Below are positions 27,930 to 42,699 of a stretch of 64,000 nucleotides of DNA, piece by piece. The stretch is taken from contig OZ024740.1 in NCBI GenBank assembly GCA_964016885.1, forward strand, positions 90,210,001 through 90,274,000, given 5' to 3'. The stretch is from Eledone cirrhosa (taxonomy: Eukaryota). The notes under the pieces are model-generated. The model saw only the letters and a program-made list of their open reading frames with translations, was not told the origin of the DNA and did not search any database. A program made the translations under genes and the position numbers. Each line of letters starts with the position of its first letter. Positions within the stretch are counted from its first letter, which is position 1.

Positions 27930-29940
27930 AAGAATGAGATGGAAGGCAATGGTTTACGATGGACTATTCAGTGTTGATACTAATGATTGTTCTGACATAA
28001 AATCCCGTAAATATCCACCTAGAATTAAAGACATGGCCAACTTCGAATTATACCTTGTTAATTCAATTAGTGATATCAAATTGCGTAAGTACAATAATAA
28101 TTTTCAAACTAAACTGTCTAACGATATTTCTAATTTTAAAAATTATACAAACACATTTGTTCTTTCTGATAAAACTAAAAATCTCTTTGAAGTTAATAGT
28201 ATTTTGTATACCCAACTTTTAACTAATAGTATCACCAACAAATATCCATTAACTAATAATAATACCTACAATACTATTAATAAAGAAGCTAAATAACTAG
28301 CTAGTTATTTAAAAATAGACAACCGGATTGAAAGCCTAGCTAAGGGTAAAGCATATATTACCCTTAAAGACCATAAATTAGACTTTACTAATTGACCTAG
28401 TTGTAGACTGATTAACCCGGCTAAATCCGAAGTTGGCCTTGCAAGTAAAAAAATCTTAAGAAATATAATTCTCCAAATTAGAACTAAGACTGACCTATCA
28501 CAGTGGCTAAATACTTCCTCTGTTATTTCTTGGTTTAATAATATACAAGTTAAAAGTAAGTGTAGATTTACCCAATTTGATATTGTTGATTGTTACCCTC
28601 TATTACGCTTTCCTTATTAACTAATGCCTTAGAGTTTGCAAGACCCTTCATTAATATTTCTAAATTAGAAGAAGACATTATCTTTCATGCTAGAAAAACT
28701 TTACTCTTTACTAATGAAACTATTTAGGTTAACAAGTAAACCCTGAAAACTCTGTTGATGTTTCAATGGGTTCATATGACAGTGCGGATGTGTGTGACTT
28801 AGTAGGATGATTCCTTCTCCACACCCTCAAAGAGAAATTTCCTTCCCATAATATCGATTTATACCGTGATGACGGATTGGCAGTTTCTCATACCACCAAC
28901 GGCCATAACCTTGATAAATTCCGTAAAGATTTAATCAATACTTTTGCTAATCTTAACCTTAAAATTATTATAGATACGAACCTTACCAATGCTAACTTTC
29001 TTGACATTAATCTTGATCTACTTACCGCCTCTTTTAAACCTTATTATAAACCTAATGAAAATCTTAGGTATATACACAAAGATTCTTGCCATCCCCCTAT
29101 AGTTTTTAAAAATCTTATTCCCAACATTAGCCGTAGGATTTCTACCTTATCTTCGTCTATAGACATTTTTAATAAAGCCCTTAAAAACAGCGGTTTTACA
29201 GAATACATTTGTTATATACCTACTCCCCCCTCAAACTAACCAAAACAATAGGAAAAGGAAAATTATCTGGTTTAAACCCCTCTTCTCTCTAACTCTCAAA
29301 ACTAATGTAGGAAGGAAATTCCTTAAACTCTTAGATAAACATTTTCCTCCTAATCATAGATATTATAAGATATTTAATAGAAATGTAGTTAAGATCAGTT
29401 ACTCTTGTTGCCCATCAATGAAGTCCAAGATCACTAATTCAAATCATACGAGGACAAATCCAGGATGCAGTTGCAGGAAGCCGGATGGATGCCCATTACA
29501 GGGCAAATGTAACACCAAATCTGTTGTTTATGAGGCTAAAGTGACACCTTTAATCAACAACCACCCAGCCAGGAGAGAGCGATATGTTGGCATGACCCAG
29601 GACAGGTTTAAAACCAGGTTTTATGTACATGTCGCTTCTTTTAAGCACTCCGATAAACGAACAGCAACGGCCCTCGCAAGTAAGGTGTGGGAATTCAAGG
29701 ATAAAAACATCCCGTACTCTATCGATTGATCTATTTTAGACCATTCGAGGGAGTAACAAATGGTCACATTGGATTGTTCTTTGTGTACCACATAAAAATA
29801 TAGGATTTTGCTAAACTTGAAAACCACTTCTGCTTGCCTGAACTCAAAGACCGAGAACTTCAGATGTTGTCGTCATCTGAAATCACATCTGATCTGTAAC
29901 TGGATTGACATTCCTATGATAACTCAACCACCTTGAACTC
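27930..29940 (+). pseudogene. PLE reverse transcriptase + C-terminal GIY-YIG endonuclease (Naiad-like), multiple stops and frameshifts
   Basis: RMRWKA, SDKT, TLKDHK..CRLINPAKSE, MGSYDSA, YRDDG, FLDI, CSCRKPDGCPLQGKC, VVYEAKV..YVGMTQDRFKTRF..H, CSLC..CRH. Confidence 0.85.
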
Positions 29941-30152
29941 CGCTCTGCTCTTTACTTCCACTACGGTTTTTTACCCTGCTGAATCCACGTTCTGTACTCT
30001 TGAATTCTCTTTCTCCCTTATCTCCCTTTATATTTAAACCTTTTCCTATTTTTTTGCCTTACCCTTCACATACCAACATTTTTTTTATTTTTAGATATTA
30101 ATTTTTATTCTTTTTTTGTGTTGCGCATATGTATGTATATGGGTATATATGA

Positions 30153-30235
<83 letters not shown>

Positions 30236-30394
30236 GTGTATATATATGTGTATGTATATGTGTCTATGTGTGTTTATTTATATATATCTGTATGTATACG
30301 TATATGTATATATAAACGTATATATTATATATTTATGTTGTATTTGTGCGCGTGTGTGTATATATTTATATGTATGTATGTATGTGTGAATATA

Positions 30395-30452
<58 letters not shown>

Positions 30453-30458
<6 letters not shown>

Positions 30459-30564
30459 GAAAATATATAGCTTTCACCGTATTTTTGACTAAAGAAATTT
30501 TAGCTTGATCAAGCTAAAATTCCATTAGTCAAAAATACGGTGAAAGTTATATATTTTCTAATTT
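30453..30564. repeat. Spacer-less palindrome, 56-bp arms, within (TA)n
   Basis: Centre AGCTTGA|TCAAGCT at 30508/30509; absent from the opposite pLTR arm. Confidence 0.9.
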
Positions 30565-30597
30565 CAAACTCGCTCACTTTTTCAAAACATACTTACT

Positions 30598-30725
<128 letters not shown>

Positions 30726-31404
30726 ATATGTGTATGTATGTATCTGTGTATATATAGATTTAATGTGTGTGTATGGGCGAGTGTTATGTGTGCGTGTATA
30801 TGTATTTTTTTATATAATGGTTTTGTGTGTATATATATAATAGCCTCAGAAACGGCTTGAGCTCTGCCGTTGGGTCAGAATTTTTCCTATGTGTGTGTGT
30901 ATATATATACGTAATTGTATGTGTGTGTGTATTTCTGTGGTTGTGTTTTTTTGTGTGTGTGTATGTATATATATGTCTATGTGTATATATGTATAAGGGT
31001 GTATGTATATGCATCATCACATATAGTGATTTAATGATTATTTTCATTGATCTTTTGCTCCAGGAACTTATCGAGCGCTCTAAACCTGCTGTAAGCATTT
31101 ATACCCTTTTCTAAATATATATTTTTCTATTTATTATTTCTCGTATTCCCAACTTTTTATTTTCATTTTATTATTATTTATTTTTTTTTTTTTTATTATT
31201 TTTTTTTATATATACAATATTTACTATATATATATATATATATATATAGTATTTATGTTCTTCCTCATATATATATATATATATATATATATAATGTATA
31301 TGTGTGTGTGTGTGTATGTACGTATGCATACGTATGTGTATGTATATATTTGTTTATTCAAGTATATATGTGTATGTGAGTATGTGTGTATGTGTATATA
31401 TGTG

Positions 31405-31447
<43 letters not shown>

Positions 31448-31577
31448 GTTAAATAAAGTTCATATGAATTATCTAAGAATGAGTTTTACACACATATATA
31501 TGTGTGTGTTTGTATTTGTATGTATGTGTCTGTGATATTATGTATATGTATGTGTTTATTTGTATGTTTATGTATGT

Positions 31578-31635
<58 letters not shown>

Positions 31636-31797
31636 ATGTGTGTGTGTGAGTATGTAGAGGTGTGTGTATATATTTCTATGTTTGTGCATGCGTATGTATG
31701 CGTGTATACATGTGTGTATGTATGTGTATGTATGGATATGTTGATATTTATGTGTGTATGTATGTATGTGTATATGTATGTGTATGTATATATACAC

Positions 31798-31837
<40 letters not shown>

Positions 31838-31862
31838 ATATGTGTGTATGTATGTATGTGTG

Positions 31863-31905
<43 letters not shown>

Positions 31906-32161
31906 ATAATTGTGTTTCTCTGTGTGTGTTTGCATGTGTGATTATATTTTATTTTTCCTTTCCTTCTTCCGTTTCCAGCCTCACTTTCATATAGATTGCA
32001 TATTTGTTTTAAACTCCAACGTCAATAAATACACCAGGATTTTTTAATTCTGTTGATTGAAAGCAATTTGTTTTTGCTTTTAAGATACCAGTGGTAAATG
32101 AAATAATTTCCTTATGTTGTTTATTACATAACTATATATATACATATATATATACATATAT

Positions 32162-32460
32162 GATATTAATAAATGGAAATTATATTCATAAAACCATATC
32201 TATTTTATTATATATATTTAAAGGGTACCAATATTTTGGTAAGCTCTCATTAGATATAATACAACATTTGTTTTATAAATAGTGACATACCCAAGAAATC
32301 AAACCTCATCGTTTCAGGTTCAGTTTGACTATCCAAACTGAACCTGAACCGTTAAGGTCTGGTTTCTTGGGTATGTCACCATTTATAAAATAAATTTTGT
32401 ATTTTATCTAATGAGAGCTTACCAAAATGTTGGTACCCTTCAAATATATATAATAAAATA
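32162..32460. repeat. Fold-back palindrome with decayed hammerhead, related to the 49503/51727 pLTR family
   Basis: Centre about 32330. Right arm ATTTTAT-CTAATGA-..TACCAA..TTGGTA..-CAAA-TATATA-TA-ATAAAAT. Confidence 0.85.
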
Positions 32461-32584
32461 TATATATATATATATATATATGTGTGCATATATATATGTA
32501 TATATATATATATGTGCTTATATATGTGCTTATATATATATGTGTATATATATATATATGCGCTTATATATTTGTGTATATAAA

Positions 32585-32629
<45 letters not shown>

Positions 32630-32716
32630 CGGCGAGAAGCGAAAACCAACCAAACAGTGAGTGTGTTCTGTTATTAATTCTGGCAATATTACGCAAATAT
32701 GACCCTCCCCAAATAT

Positions 32717-32790
<74 letters not shown>

Positions 32791-32899
32791 CGAAAGAGGT
32801 GTCGTAAGGAAACAGATGGACCATAACGCACCAGAGTACTCAATACTTAGGGTAGTAGAATGGGTAATAGGAAAAGGTTGAACCCCGACGGCTGAGTTC

Positions 32900-33430
32900 T
32901 TTCGGCTCCTCGAAAAACACTTCGCACCACCACTACCACAACATAATCAACTAAAACACTAGCAAACTCTCCTACAACACCACACCCAACTTCGCACAAA
33001 ATATCGCTTCCTCAAACAACAAGAAACTCAACATCTATGGAAGAAACGACCTAGACATCTACGTAGCCCCTCAACAACAGAAGCCGAGAACGTTACGTGA
33101 TATACCAATGCAACGTGAAGACCGAAACTTCCAACTAATCCTATAGAGGATTAACCGCTTGTGATTTTAAAACCCAGCTCTACTAACTCCAACAAACTTT
33201 CCGAAACTCGGCACGGCGACATGCCACTACACTTTCGGGACACATCTGAGACCTCCAAGAGAATAACATAACATACAATCTTACTTGGAGCTTACTGTGC
33301 AGAGCTAACTCCAACACGGCATGAGGCCGTCTGTGTAACTTATGCTCGGAGGAAACATTACAAATGCTGTTTACGAAGGACCAACTCCGAAACAAAAAAG
33401 AGGAACTTGTAACTGCCTGTAAACAGGGAT
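32900..33430 (+). pseudogene. PLE relic (RT C-terminus + GIY-YIG C-terminus)
   Basis: Manual translation gives FFRLLEKHF, KLSYNTTPN, TTLSGHI, YNLTWSL, CNLCSEE and NKKEELVTACK. Confidence 0.7.
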
Positions 33431-33796
33431 TGCGTAGGACATACGTCGCCCTCAAACCCCCCAATGACCAGGGTGTGTAGATAAGGGCTGCAACACCCTA
33501 ATTTTCCCCACTTGCCTTACAAGATAGGGGAAACCCCAACTAACATAGGCAGATGTACTTCTTTTCTTTTCGTTTTTATATTCTTTTTCCCTTTATCTCT
33601 TCCTATCACTTCCTTCCGTTCCCTCTCCTCTTCCTTTTCCTTTTTCCTCTTTCGCCTACCCTGAGGCAGCCCATCTGGCTTTTGTTGCCTCAGTACCCCC
33701 ACCCCCAGTAAATTATATATAGCATTGGCCGAAAACGCAATAAATATGGCAGCTGCTATAGACTCTAGGGATTTTTTTATTACTTTTTACAATTAT

Positions 33797-33902
33797 CCCG
33801 CCGAGGTTAACTTTGCCTTTCATCCTTACGGGGTCGATAAAATAAAGTACCAGTAATGCACTGGCTAATTGCTGGCCTTGTGCCAAAAGTAGAAACAATT
33901 AT
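33797..33902 (+). mobile_element. SINE family 1, 5'-truncated
   Basis: Match to the 3' half of 21828-22010. Confidence 0.85.
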
Positions 33903-34118
33903 TTTCATATTCTAATCTCAATTTATTAACCTATTCTATAACGTCCCACTCTTTAGTTCATCTAGAAACCTTTTTCTGTTGCTTCCTAACTAGCCTAATT
34001 TCATTACACACTCCTTAGAATTTGCTGTATAGAATTCACTTTCAACGCTTGACCGGCCCCACCGACTCCCTCATTGTTCTACAGGCATGTTTAGCCACCC
34101 CACTTCCCACCCACTGCC

Positions 34119-34855
34119 ATGAAAGATTTAATTGTGTTTACAAGAAATGTTGACCAATTCTTTAGACAACTACAATATTCCCATAAAACTAGAAATGTAG
34201 TATATAGCATAAGATGTACTGAAGGACAATGTAGAGATAAGAATATAGTGTACATAGGTGAGACAGCTCGTAGTATAGGGGAACGGATAAATGAACACTG
34301 GCGAGAGCTTCAATCATCTGTACTCTACCAACATGCAAACATAGAACATAAGGGTAAATTAGAGAACATAGAAATAAAAATAGAATCTACACATAGAAAA
34401 GACGCAATGTTTAGACAAATCACAGAGGCAATAAACATAAATGAACTCCAACCAAAATTAAATAGAAGACATGAATGGAACAGCAACATCACAACTTACA
34501 ATTAAGGACAAAATGAAAACACACTCGCACATAGAACAAACAACCAACCAGTAACATGTAAATAAACAAATAAATAAACAAATATAAACACACACATACA
34601 CCCGGATGTAACAAATGCGCAAACTAAGCACACAACAAACACAAAAACAAGATGGCGTAGGACAGAACAAAGGAGAGGCACAAAAACAAAGAAAATAATC
34701 CCCAGTCACTGAAGAGGTCACATAATGTGTGACGAAAGAACTTTGGCAATATATGAACAATCATCTGGTTGTGGAACCAACCAAGCAACCGGAAATTTAT
34801 GAATTCCTAAATTTATAAATTTATTATAATAAATTGAAGTGAAAGCAACAGGTGC
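34119..34855 (+). mobile_element. PLE 3' fragment: GIY-YIG endonuclease (ORF 34119..34505) + pLTR
   Basis: NVVYSIRC..C..VYIGETARSIGERINEH..H..EAININELQPKLN. A minus-strand copy lies at 42700-43262. Confidence 0.85.
34705..34747 (+). ncRNA. Minimal type I hammerhead-like motif
   Basis: GTCA-CTGAAGA-g-GTCACAtaatgTGTGAC-GAAA-GAAC-TT-TGGC. Homologue with TTGAAGA at 42855-42897 (-). Confidence 0.55.
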
Positions 34856-34886
<31 letters not shown>

Positions 34887-35094
34887 GTAAATGTATATTT
34901 GAATGCACTCACTTTGTGCATGTTTTATGTTGCTGTTTATGACCATATTTGTATTCCTGGAGATATGTAGACCAGCAGACTAATGTCCAATTTTTATTGA
35001 CGTATGGCCTGCTGTTATACATTGAAACGTACATAGAGTAATATTGTGTCGTAAGTTTAAATTGGTTGTACGCTCTCAATTTATATATATTCCA

Positions 35095-36015
35095 GGTGGT
35101 GCGTTAGGACAAAGGACGGAAACACGGAAAAGTTTAACATCTTGACGGGTGTTCGACAAGGCTGCATCCTTTCTCCTTTCTTTTTCCTCATTGCCATCGA
35201 TGTCATCATGAAGGAGACAATGAGTGCCCCTCGTTTTGACATCAGTTGGGATGGAAGGAGATTAAGCGACCTGGACTTTTCCTATGACATCGCAGTGATA
35301 GGCCATCCCCGAGAAGAACTGCAAGAGTTGACTAACGTTCTAAATGACAATGCAGAGAAAGTTGGCCTGCGCATCAGTTGTGAAAAAACCAAGACCATGT
35401 CGACAGGTGACTCTCTCCAAATCCTCCCATCATGGTTGGTCAGCGTAACATTGAATGTGTAAACCACTTCCAATACCTTGGCAGCAAGATCTCTGACGAT
35501 GGGGATGCTGAGGTGGATGTGCGCACAAGGCTGTTCCATCGGCAACGCCGTCAACTTCTGTGTGTACATGTCCATTGTAGTACAAACAACGATATAAGCC
35601 TGTGAGACATGGAAGAGTACGGAAAGTGTATGTAACAAGCTTGATGTATTCCACCTTCGTTGCATTCGGACCATATTGAAAATTTCATGGAGAGACCAAG
35701 TCAGCAACGAGGAAGTGATGAGGAGTTCAGAATTGGATAGGTTAAAGGACTGTCCGGAAAAGGAGACGGCGTTTCGCGGGCCACATCCTTCGTTTGCCGG
35801 CAGATCGACCTGCTCATATTGCCATGGATTGGGTACCAGAAGGTGGCAGGAGAGAACTGGAAGGACCACGAAAAACATGGAGGAGCACATTCAGGGAGGA
35901 CCTGCAGGAGATGGGAATTACCTGGAGAGGTGCTAGAAGGGCCGCAAGTGGAGGAAGCTCGTCGCCCAATGTTCCACAAGGGACTGGAGGAACTAAGACT
36001 AACACTAACACTAAG
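35095..36015 (+). pseudogene. RTE-clade LINE 3' fragment, second family, internally deleted
   Basis: GVRQGCILSPFFF, LSDLDFSYDI, GLRISCEKTK, LKISWRDQVSNEEV, GPRKTWRST; tail of ACTAA-type repeats. Confidence 0.85.
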
Positions 36016-36029
36016 ATATATATATATAT

Positions 36030-36226
36030 ATAACGAAGGAAATGTGGTAAGGAACTAGGTGGACCATAACGCACCAAAGTACTCAATAATTAGGGTAGTA
36101 GAGTGGGTAATAGGAACAAGTAAGACCCCGACGGCTGAGCTCAAGCCGTTTCGACGGCTAATTCAGTCCAAAATTAGCCGTCGAAATGGCTTGAGCTCAG
36201 CCGTCGGGGTCTTACTTGTTCCTATA
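36030..36226. repeat. Repeat ending in a fold-back (arms about 55 bp, 36110-36226)
   Basis: GGAACAAGTAAGACCCCGACGGCTGAGCTCAAGCC.. / ..GGCTTGAGCTCAGCCGTCGGGGTCTTACTTGTTCC. Related sequence at 32788-32900, 27308-27346 and 30838-30878. Confidence 0.85.
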
Positions 36227-37129
36227 TATATATATATATATACATACAGTGATAGGCGTATTTTATACATACAAATCTGATTAATCCCAGAATTTATATA
36301 ATGCGGTTTTTTGTAGGAATATTTGAGAACTATTAGATATGATGGATTGTGAGATTTGTTCAATTGATTGCAGACAAAAAAATCTATATGCACTTTTACT
36401 AATGTTTAACACGCTACATATTTCATTTTGACGTGCGAGATTGACGATAATATCTATAATTAGACATTTAACAGAGCATGATCAGTCGTTTACAACTGGA
36501 ATTACCATTACAGCTTTAATGGCTGCCTCTGAATCTATTGCGTTATATATTACATTCAATTTACCTCGGAAATTTCCTTTGGGATCCGTGAAAAATTACT
36601 GCTTCATTAAACATACACATTTGCTATAAACGGCAGATGAACATCAGTCGGAACAAAATGTTGATTTGCTAGAAATAGTACTTTTCTACTAAATATAGTA
36701 ATATATCTGATTAGACATTATTATGCATCATAATTATCGGGATTATAGTAAGATATTTCTCACATCGTATACTGCAAATACAAGAAATTAACCGATGCTC
36801 TATATGTAGCACTAAATTTGCACCATAGATGTACATTTTTCCAAGTAAAAAAGTGAGGGTATTTTCGTTTACTAAATTTTGTTAAAAGATTAAAGACATT
36901 ATTTAAATATTCACTTCTTTAACATTTTCAAATCTCAAAACTTCCGGTTATACGACATACCTAACGTCTTCACAAACCAAAGTATCATCTTCCTATTTTC
37001 TTACGGTTGCAACGTTTTTCGAAATATCTACTTCTGCGTTCACAGATTGATTTTTTTTAGTTTCAGAAGATGCCGTTAAGGGTGAAAGCAGCGATTCTTT
37101 GCTTAAACTTTAATCTGTTATTTTAATAT

Positions 37130-37500
37130 ATATATAATTATATATTCGTGTACAGATATTTTTGCATACACAAAAACAAAATATAAACAAACGTATTCAT
37201 TTCACAAAAGCACAGACGGCTTATCGTCATTGTTACTGCCGATATGCCACCCAAAAAGTCCTAGCCTGGCCGCAAGATCAGATCTTCCAGAAGAAAAAAT
37301 GTTACTAGAGCAACAGAGAGACTAAGCTTCGCGATTACCATCAACAAATCTCAGGGTCAAACCCTAAAAGTGGCTGGCCTTTATCTGGGAAATCCATGGT
37401 CAATTGTATGTAGGATGTTCTAGGATCAGCTCGCCAAACAATATCTCTATCTTTGCTCCCGAGGCCCATTGAAAAATATTGTATACTCTGAGGCTCTAAC
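37130..37500 (+). mobile_element. Helitron relic with PIF1-like helicase C-terminus
   Basis: 37318-37500 translates, with frameshifts, to RLSFAITINKSQGQTLKVAGLYL, HGQLYVGCSRI and KNIVYSEAL. Confidence 0.8.
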
Positions 37501-38287
37501 AATGTAATTTATGTATTTCCATTATGGTTGTACAAATTATTGTAAAGTTTGTTAAACAATTTGTTCTCTGTTCAACCTTTATTTTTGTAACTATCAATTT
37601 TCTTTAACGTACTGGGGAATCCTAAAAACTATTCAAACCCAACATCAGAAGGAAGGGGAGTGGAAGGAGAGAAGCAGAAAAGAAACCTACAATGAAAGAA
37701 CACCTTAAAGTTTACCCAAGCCAAATGTTGTACTTATTAACATTTTTATCTGCAGGTTCTTAGCAAGCTTACTGGAGCTTTAGTATGGTATTCAATTCTC
37801 ATATCGTTTTTGATTGATATGGTGCATATATCGAGGCTATTAATGATTTAAACATTATATAACGATGGCTGATGTATATTGTACGACAGATTTAGCTGAA
37901 AAATATTTTGAATGAACAAATAAAAGAGATATAGTAACATATACATAATATAAAAGAGATATGTTTTTTGGTTGGTTCCATCGCGTATCACACGAAAAAA
38001 AAACGAAAAGTGACAATCGGAGAGTATGTACAGGATTGGGATAAGAGTATATCCAGGAGAGTTTATTGATACTAATTTTATAACACCAAATAAGAAGAAA
38101 GACCTACCACGTATGCTAACCAAACAGACTGCTATTGCGAGCAGGTTGGGAATCAACCATAAGGGATTCTCTCTGCGAGTTCGTTGTCAGTGATGATCGT
38201 GTTTCGTGGCCTATGTCTCCGATTTCAACGGTGGTTTACACACACACATATGCACGCACCCACACGAGCACTCACATAGGCACAGAT

Positions 38288-38372
<85 letters not shown>

Positions 38373-38965
38373 ATACACACACTCTGTAAACAAGATAATG
38401 CATTCAATACAGACGTTTTCTCTTCTGCCGGTCTTATCTTATCCTTTGTTAACATTGGCGAAGCTGAGTTCCTCAGGTAGTATAATATATATTCGGTGTT
38501 CTCGATCTGATATTCTGCAGTGTGATTTCAAGTTTATGGCGATGAACAATGACCTTTATCCTGCAATTCTGTTGATGTCAATAACTAGATTAGTTATCTT
38601 CTGCAAAAGGAAGGAGATATTTATTTGGTTTAATATTGTGTGCCCCTATGGGCTTTCTAGCGCAGATATCTTGCATTACAATACTGAATAAAAAACATGA
38701 ACATTCCATACATGGCAAATAATATCTCATGCGCAACATAACTTATCGTTGACATTTCTGCACTCAGTGAAGCTGAAATACTTAGTGCTTCTCAACTTAA
38801 ATAAGTTGCTGGATGATAGAATGGCATCTAGTAATGTTGAATGTTCCATAAAATTTCGAGTCTGAATTCTTCTCTTCCTTCATGAAACACTTATTTAGGT
38901 TTCGTTATCCTTGCACCAAAAATCATGTCGTGATGTTCCAATGTGATTTGTCAATGTGAAATATT

Positions 38966-39316
38966 GGAGGCACGTAGATTAGTGGTTAGAACATCGACCT
39001 TGCAATCGAAAGGTTGTAAGTTCAATTCTCACACCGAGTGATTTGGTGTTTCTTTGAGCAAGACACTTTATTTCATATTGCTCCAGTTTACCCAGCTGTA
39101 GAAATGAGATGATAGGGACTGGGGTTCATATCATTCCACTGCAAAGTGGTCGTGGAGGTGCCACGGCAAAAAAGCACCCAGCACTCACTGTAAATGATAT
39201 TGGTGTTAGGAAGGGCATCCAGCTGTAGAAATCAAGCCAGAATCAGTTCCCGTCCCACCCTTGCAAGCAGTGAAAAAGTGGGCGTTATATGAAATGATGA
39301 ATGATGATCATGATGA
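38966..39316 (+). mobile_element. tRNA-derived SINE, family 2 (diverged)
   Basis: A-box-like TAGATTAGTGG, B-box-like GTTCAATTC, TTGAGCAAGACACTTTATTTC core, TTAGGAAGGGCATCCAGCTGTAGAAA segment, (ATG)n tail. Confidence 0.7.
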
Positions 39317-41663
39317 AGTAAATAGTGGATTTCATGAGCAACTCAATGCAGCCATCTCAATGATTCGAAATAAGGACAAACATGTTTAATGTGAGACATC
39401 TAAAGGACGAGTGGGTATTCATAAACATGATCTGGTATTCCCAGTCCCCATGGAAAATAAGGCGACATTGTAGGCCTATTGACCTCACTTTATTTCTTTT
39501 TGCAAGGAATGTCATCTTGATATTACTAACGCATTGTATTAAAGTATAAAATAGCGCAAAACAAAAGCACCTATTATCTTTGAGACTAATTCCTGTCACT
39601 TAGGAAAGCTTCCTTCTCCATTACTAGTATGTAGCTTCATTGATCTCAAATGCTATCAAAATAATTCAGACTTAAACATATGTATTTGATTGTCTTGCAA
39701 ACTTTATTGATGTTATGCCGGTAACTGATGGAATTGAAATATCTTGGATATCCCTAAATAAACACCACTTATAACAACAGTTCCATAGAGGTACAAGCAA
39801 CATGACAGGCTCGATTAAATCAATTAAATCAAGTATGCAAGATTCACGAAATTGTGCTATCAATGATGATTATGCCTTCAAATATACGACATAAATCGAA
39901 TACTAAAATCCTTTGAAAACGGTCCCCATGCGAATAAAGAAGGCCTAGTGTTCACCTAAATCTGATGAACTCCAAGAAATAGCAAGAATGACGGACAGAA
40001 AATATATGTATGATCATTTCTCGAATGGTTTCAGTCACCCGAATATGTTTAATTTTCTAGTTTGAATATGGAAGTTCTGATTGAAGTAAGTCGAAATCCC
40101 TTTCGATAGAAACAGCATTCTTAAACTGTTGTTTACTCGAGCCCTGCCATTCCCCGAATACGAAATGATGGAGTTTTATCTTGTAAAATGCATACAGTGA
40201 ATATAAGTGGCAATAACATTAAAATCATCACACTACGAGCCTGAGGGGCGGGGCAGAGCATATAGCAAGTAATCTTCAAAGACGTTGAGATTAACTGATG
40301 CAAAATGTATATGTGCCTTTTTAAGCTATCCTGAAGATTAACTAAGTTCGAAATGGCTAAAATGATGCACCCATCAAAACTTTTACAAAAAAGGAATAGA
40401 CAGTTGACTATATTTGAACCCGCTATATCTTATATATATTCTATGTGGGAAAATTGACGCATTATAATAATTGTTCGCTTTACTGCAATATAGAACCTGA
40501 ACACCGCCTTATATAGAGACGTGTCTTCCTTTCTTCAAGGGAAAATAGAATCGTTCCATTTCTCCAGCATGTAAATCGAATGTTGATTCTTTCTTGATGA
40601 ATGGTCAAGTAATTAATTCATACATAGACAGGATCATACATTCGAATGTATAAATCACGGAGTCCCGTTTCCATGCAAGAAAGATTATGACTTTTTTCTG
40701 ATTATATACTATATCTGAAAAAGGTTTACATTATAAATATTCTCAAAAACTACTCTCACGTATATATTTTCCCCATTATATTTGTAGATCCATAGATTAA
40801 TACATATTAGAATACACGATCACATATATAAAGTATATTAGTCAATTCTATGAGATATTTAGATACCAGCTCGTTTATTCAGGCGGAGATTATATTCCTA
40901 CAATGAACAAATATTTAATAATTTTGTAAGCGCGAATAGCAGTACGTGATTAATAATTCAATAATTTGATAGGTAAATGAGTTGAAAATAAAATTATAAA
41001 CGCAAAGGGTATTGCATGCGTATTAAAACCTTGTTGACTGTACGAAAATATAATCACGATAAATAGTTTAGAGTAAACTGGCTTTTTAAATGGAGATCAG
41101 TGAACTGAAGATTGGGGCCGGTTCATAGCCCTTCTCATAGTTAGCATCATATGTACACATTTCATGTAAATAAAATAAAAGAATATATATTAATTCAAAT
41201 TAAATTAAATTAAACTAAATTAAAATAATTCATATTTTGATAAAATATATTAAGTGAAATCGAGATAGTAATATATTTAAATCGATTAAACTCTAATTAT
41301 ATTAATATATTTTGAAATAATTTATCAAAAATTAAATTAGGAGTAATGTCGTTATGTTGGGATGTGATTTGTAAATTAAACATAATATTATTATATTACA
41401 ATGGTAATTAATGTATTAAAACATTAATTAGGCCACATGTGCTTTTTTTTATTTGCTTTGCATAGTATACACCAAATTCGCGATAGCTACATACAGGTAT
41501 ATTATGTGTAAATGACGTGTGATACTACTTTTCTTTAAGAAGTAAATAAGAATTAACTTAATCATATGTAATGAATAATAAATATTGTCAAAATGCAATA
41601 TGTTTCCTAAATTATTTGCTGTCGGCGTGGTATTTACCAGGTAATAATATATATGCAAACATA

Positions 41664-41738
<75 letters not shown>

Positions 41739-42003
41739 GGAAACATGAAACGAAATTTAATTTCCCACTCTTAGTAAGGCTGTCACTTAAATATAAGTAT
41801 GTACACGTACATACATATATGTATACAGACGTACAGTAGTATGTATATATATATATACATACATGCACACATATATATATATGTACGTATGGATTCACCG
41901 AACATTTATTACAATGCTCGGTGTGTTTGTAAACAAACATCCCGTATTAAGCCGTAGTGTCTAGCAACCATCGTTGCTCGTTTGTTCAACACTGACAAAG
42001 GAA

Positions 42004-42044
42004 CGCTGTACTAGTTTCAAGCTTATTAGCTATCGTCAGCAACG
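42004..42044 (-). ncRNA. Minimal type I hammerhead (left arm)
   Basis: CGTTG-CTGACGA-tAGCTaataAGCTt-GAAA-CTAG-TA-CAGCG; palindromic stem III ACTAGT, GTA triplet. Confidence 0.75.
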
Positions 42045-42314
42045 AATACCTTCCTGCCATATTGTTGAACGTCTGAAGGCATATACTTTCCTTATGCATA
42101 TTAACGGCTGACTAGCCCAATTTGCATATCGAGTGGGTTAATCGGCCGGGTGCACCGAAAACGATAAACGGAAAAAATGAAATTTTTTCATTTTTTCCGT
42201 TTATCGTTTTCGTTGCACCCGGTCGATTAACCGACTCGATATGCAAATTGGGCACTCAGCCGTTAATATGCATAAGGTAAGTATATACCTTCAACAATCT
42301 GGCAGGAAGGTATA

Positions 42315-42355
42315 CGGTGCTGACGATAGCTAATAAACTTGAAACTAGTACAGCG
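42315..42355 (+). ncRNA. Minimal type I hammerhead (right arm, two stem mismatches)
   Basis: CGGTG-CTGACGA-tAGCTaataAACTt-GAAA-CTAG-TA-CAGCG. Confidence 0.65.
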
Positions 42356-42474
42356 TTCCTTTGTCTGTGTTGAACAAACGAGCAACGATGGCTGTTGTAC
42401 ACTACGCCATAATACGGGATGTTTGTTTACAGACACACCGAGCATTATAATAAATGTTCGGTGAATCCATACGT

Positions 42475-42547
<73 letters not shown>

Positions 42548-42612
42548 CATGTATGTATATATATACATACTAATGTACGTCTGTATACATATATGAAATG
42601 TACGTGTACATA

Positions 42613-42665
<53 letters not shown>

Positions 42666-42699
42666 AGTGTTATACTGTGGGAGGGTCATGTTGCCAATA

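Larger units (their letters stand above)
41790..42620. repeat. Fold-back palindrome, arms about 400 bp, each carrying a hammerhead
   Basis: Centre GGAAAAAATGAAA-TTT-TTTCATTTTTTCC at about 42184; (TA)n on both sides. Confidence 0.92.

Noticed and set aside
28800-29800. In-frame TGA codons as selenocysteine, as reported for some Naiad PLEs
   Set aside because: The TGAs fall at expected Leu/Trp positions rather than Cys, and the copy has other stops and frameshifts.
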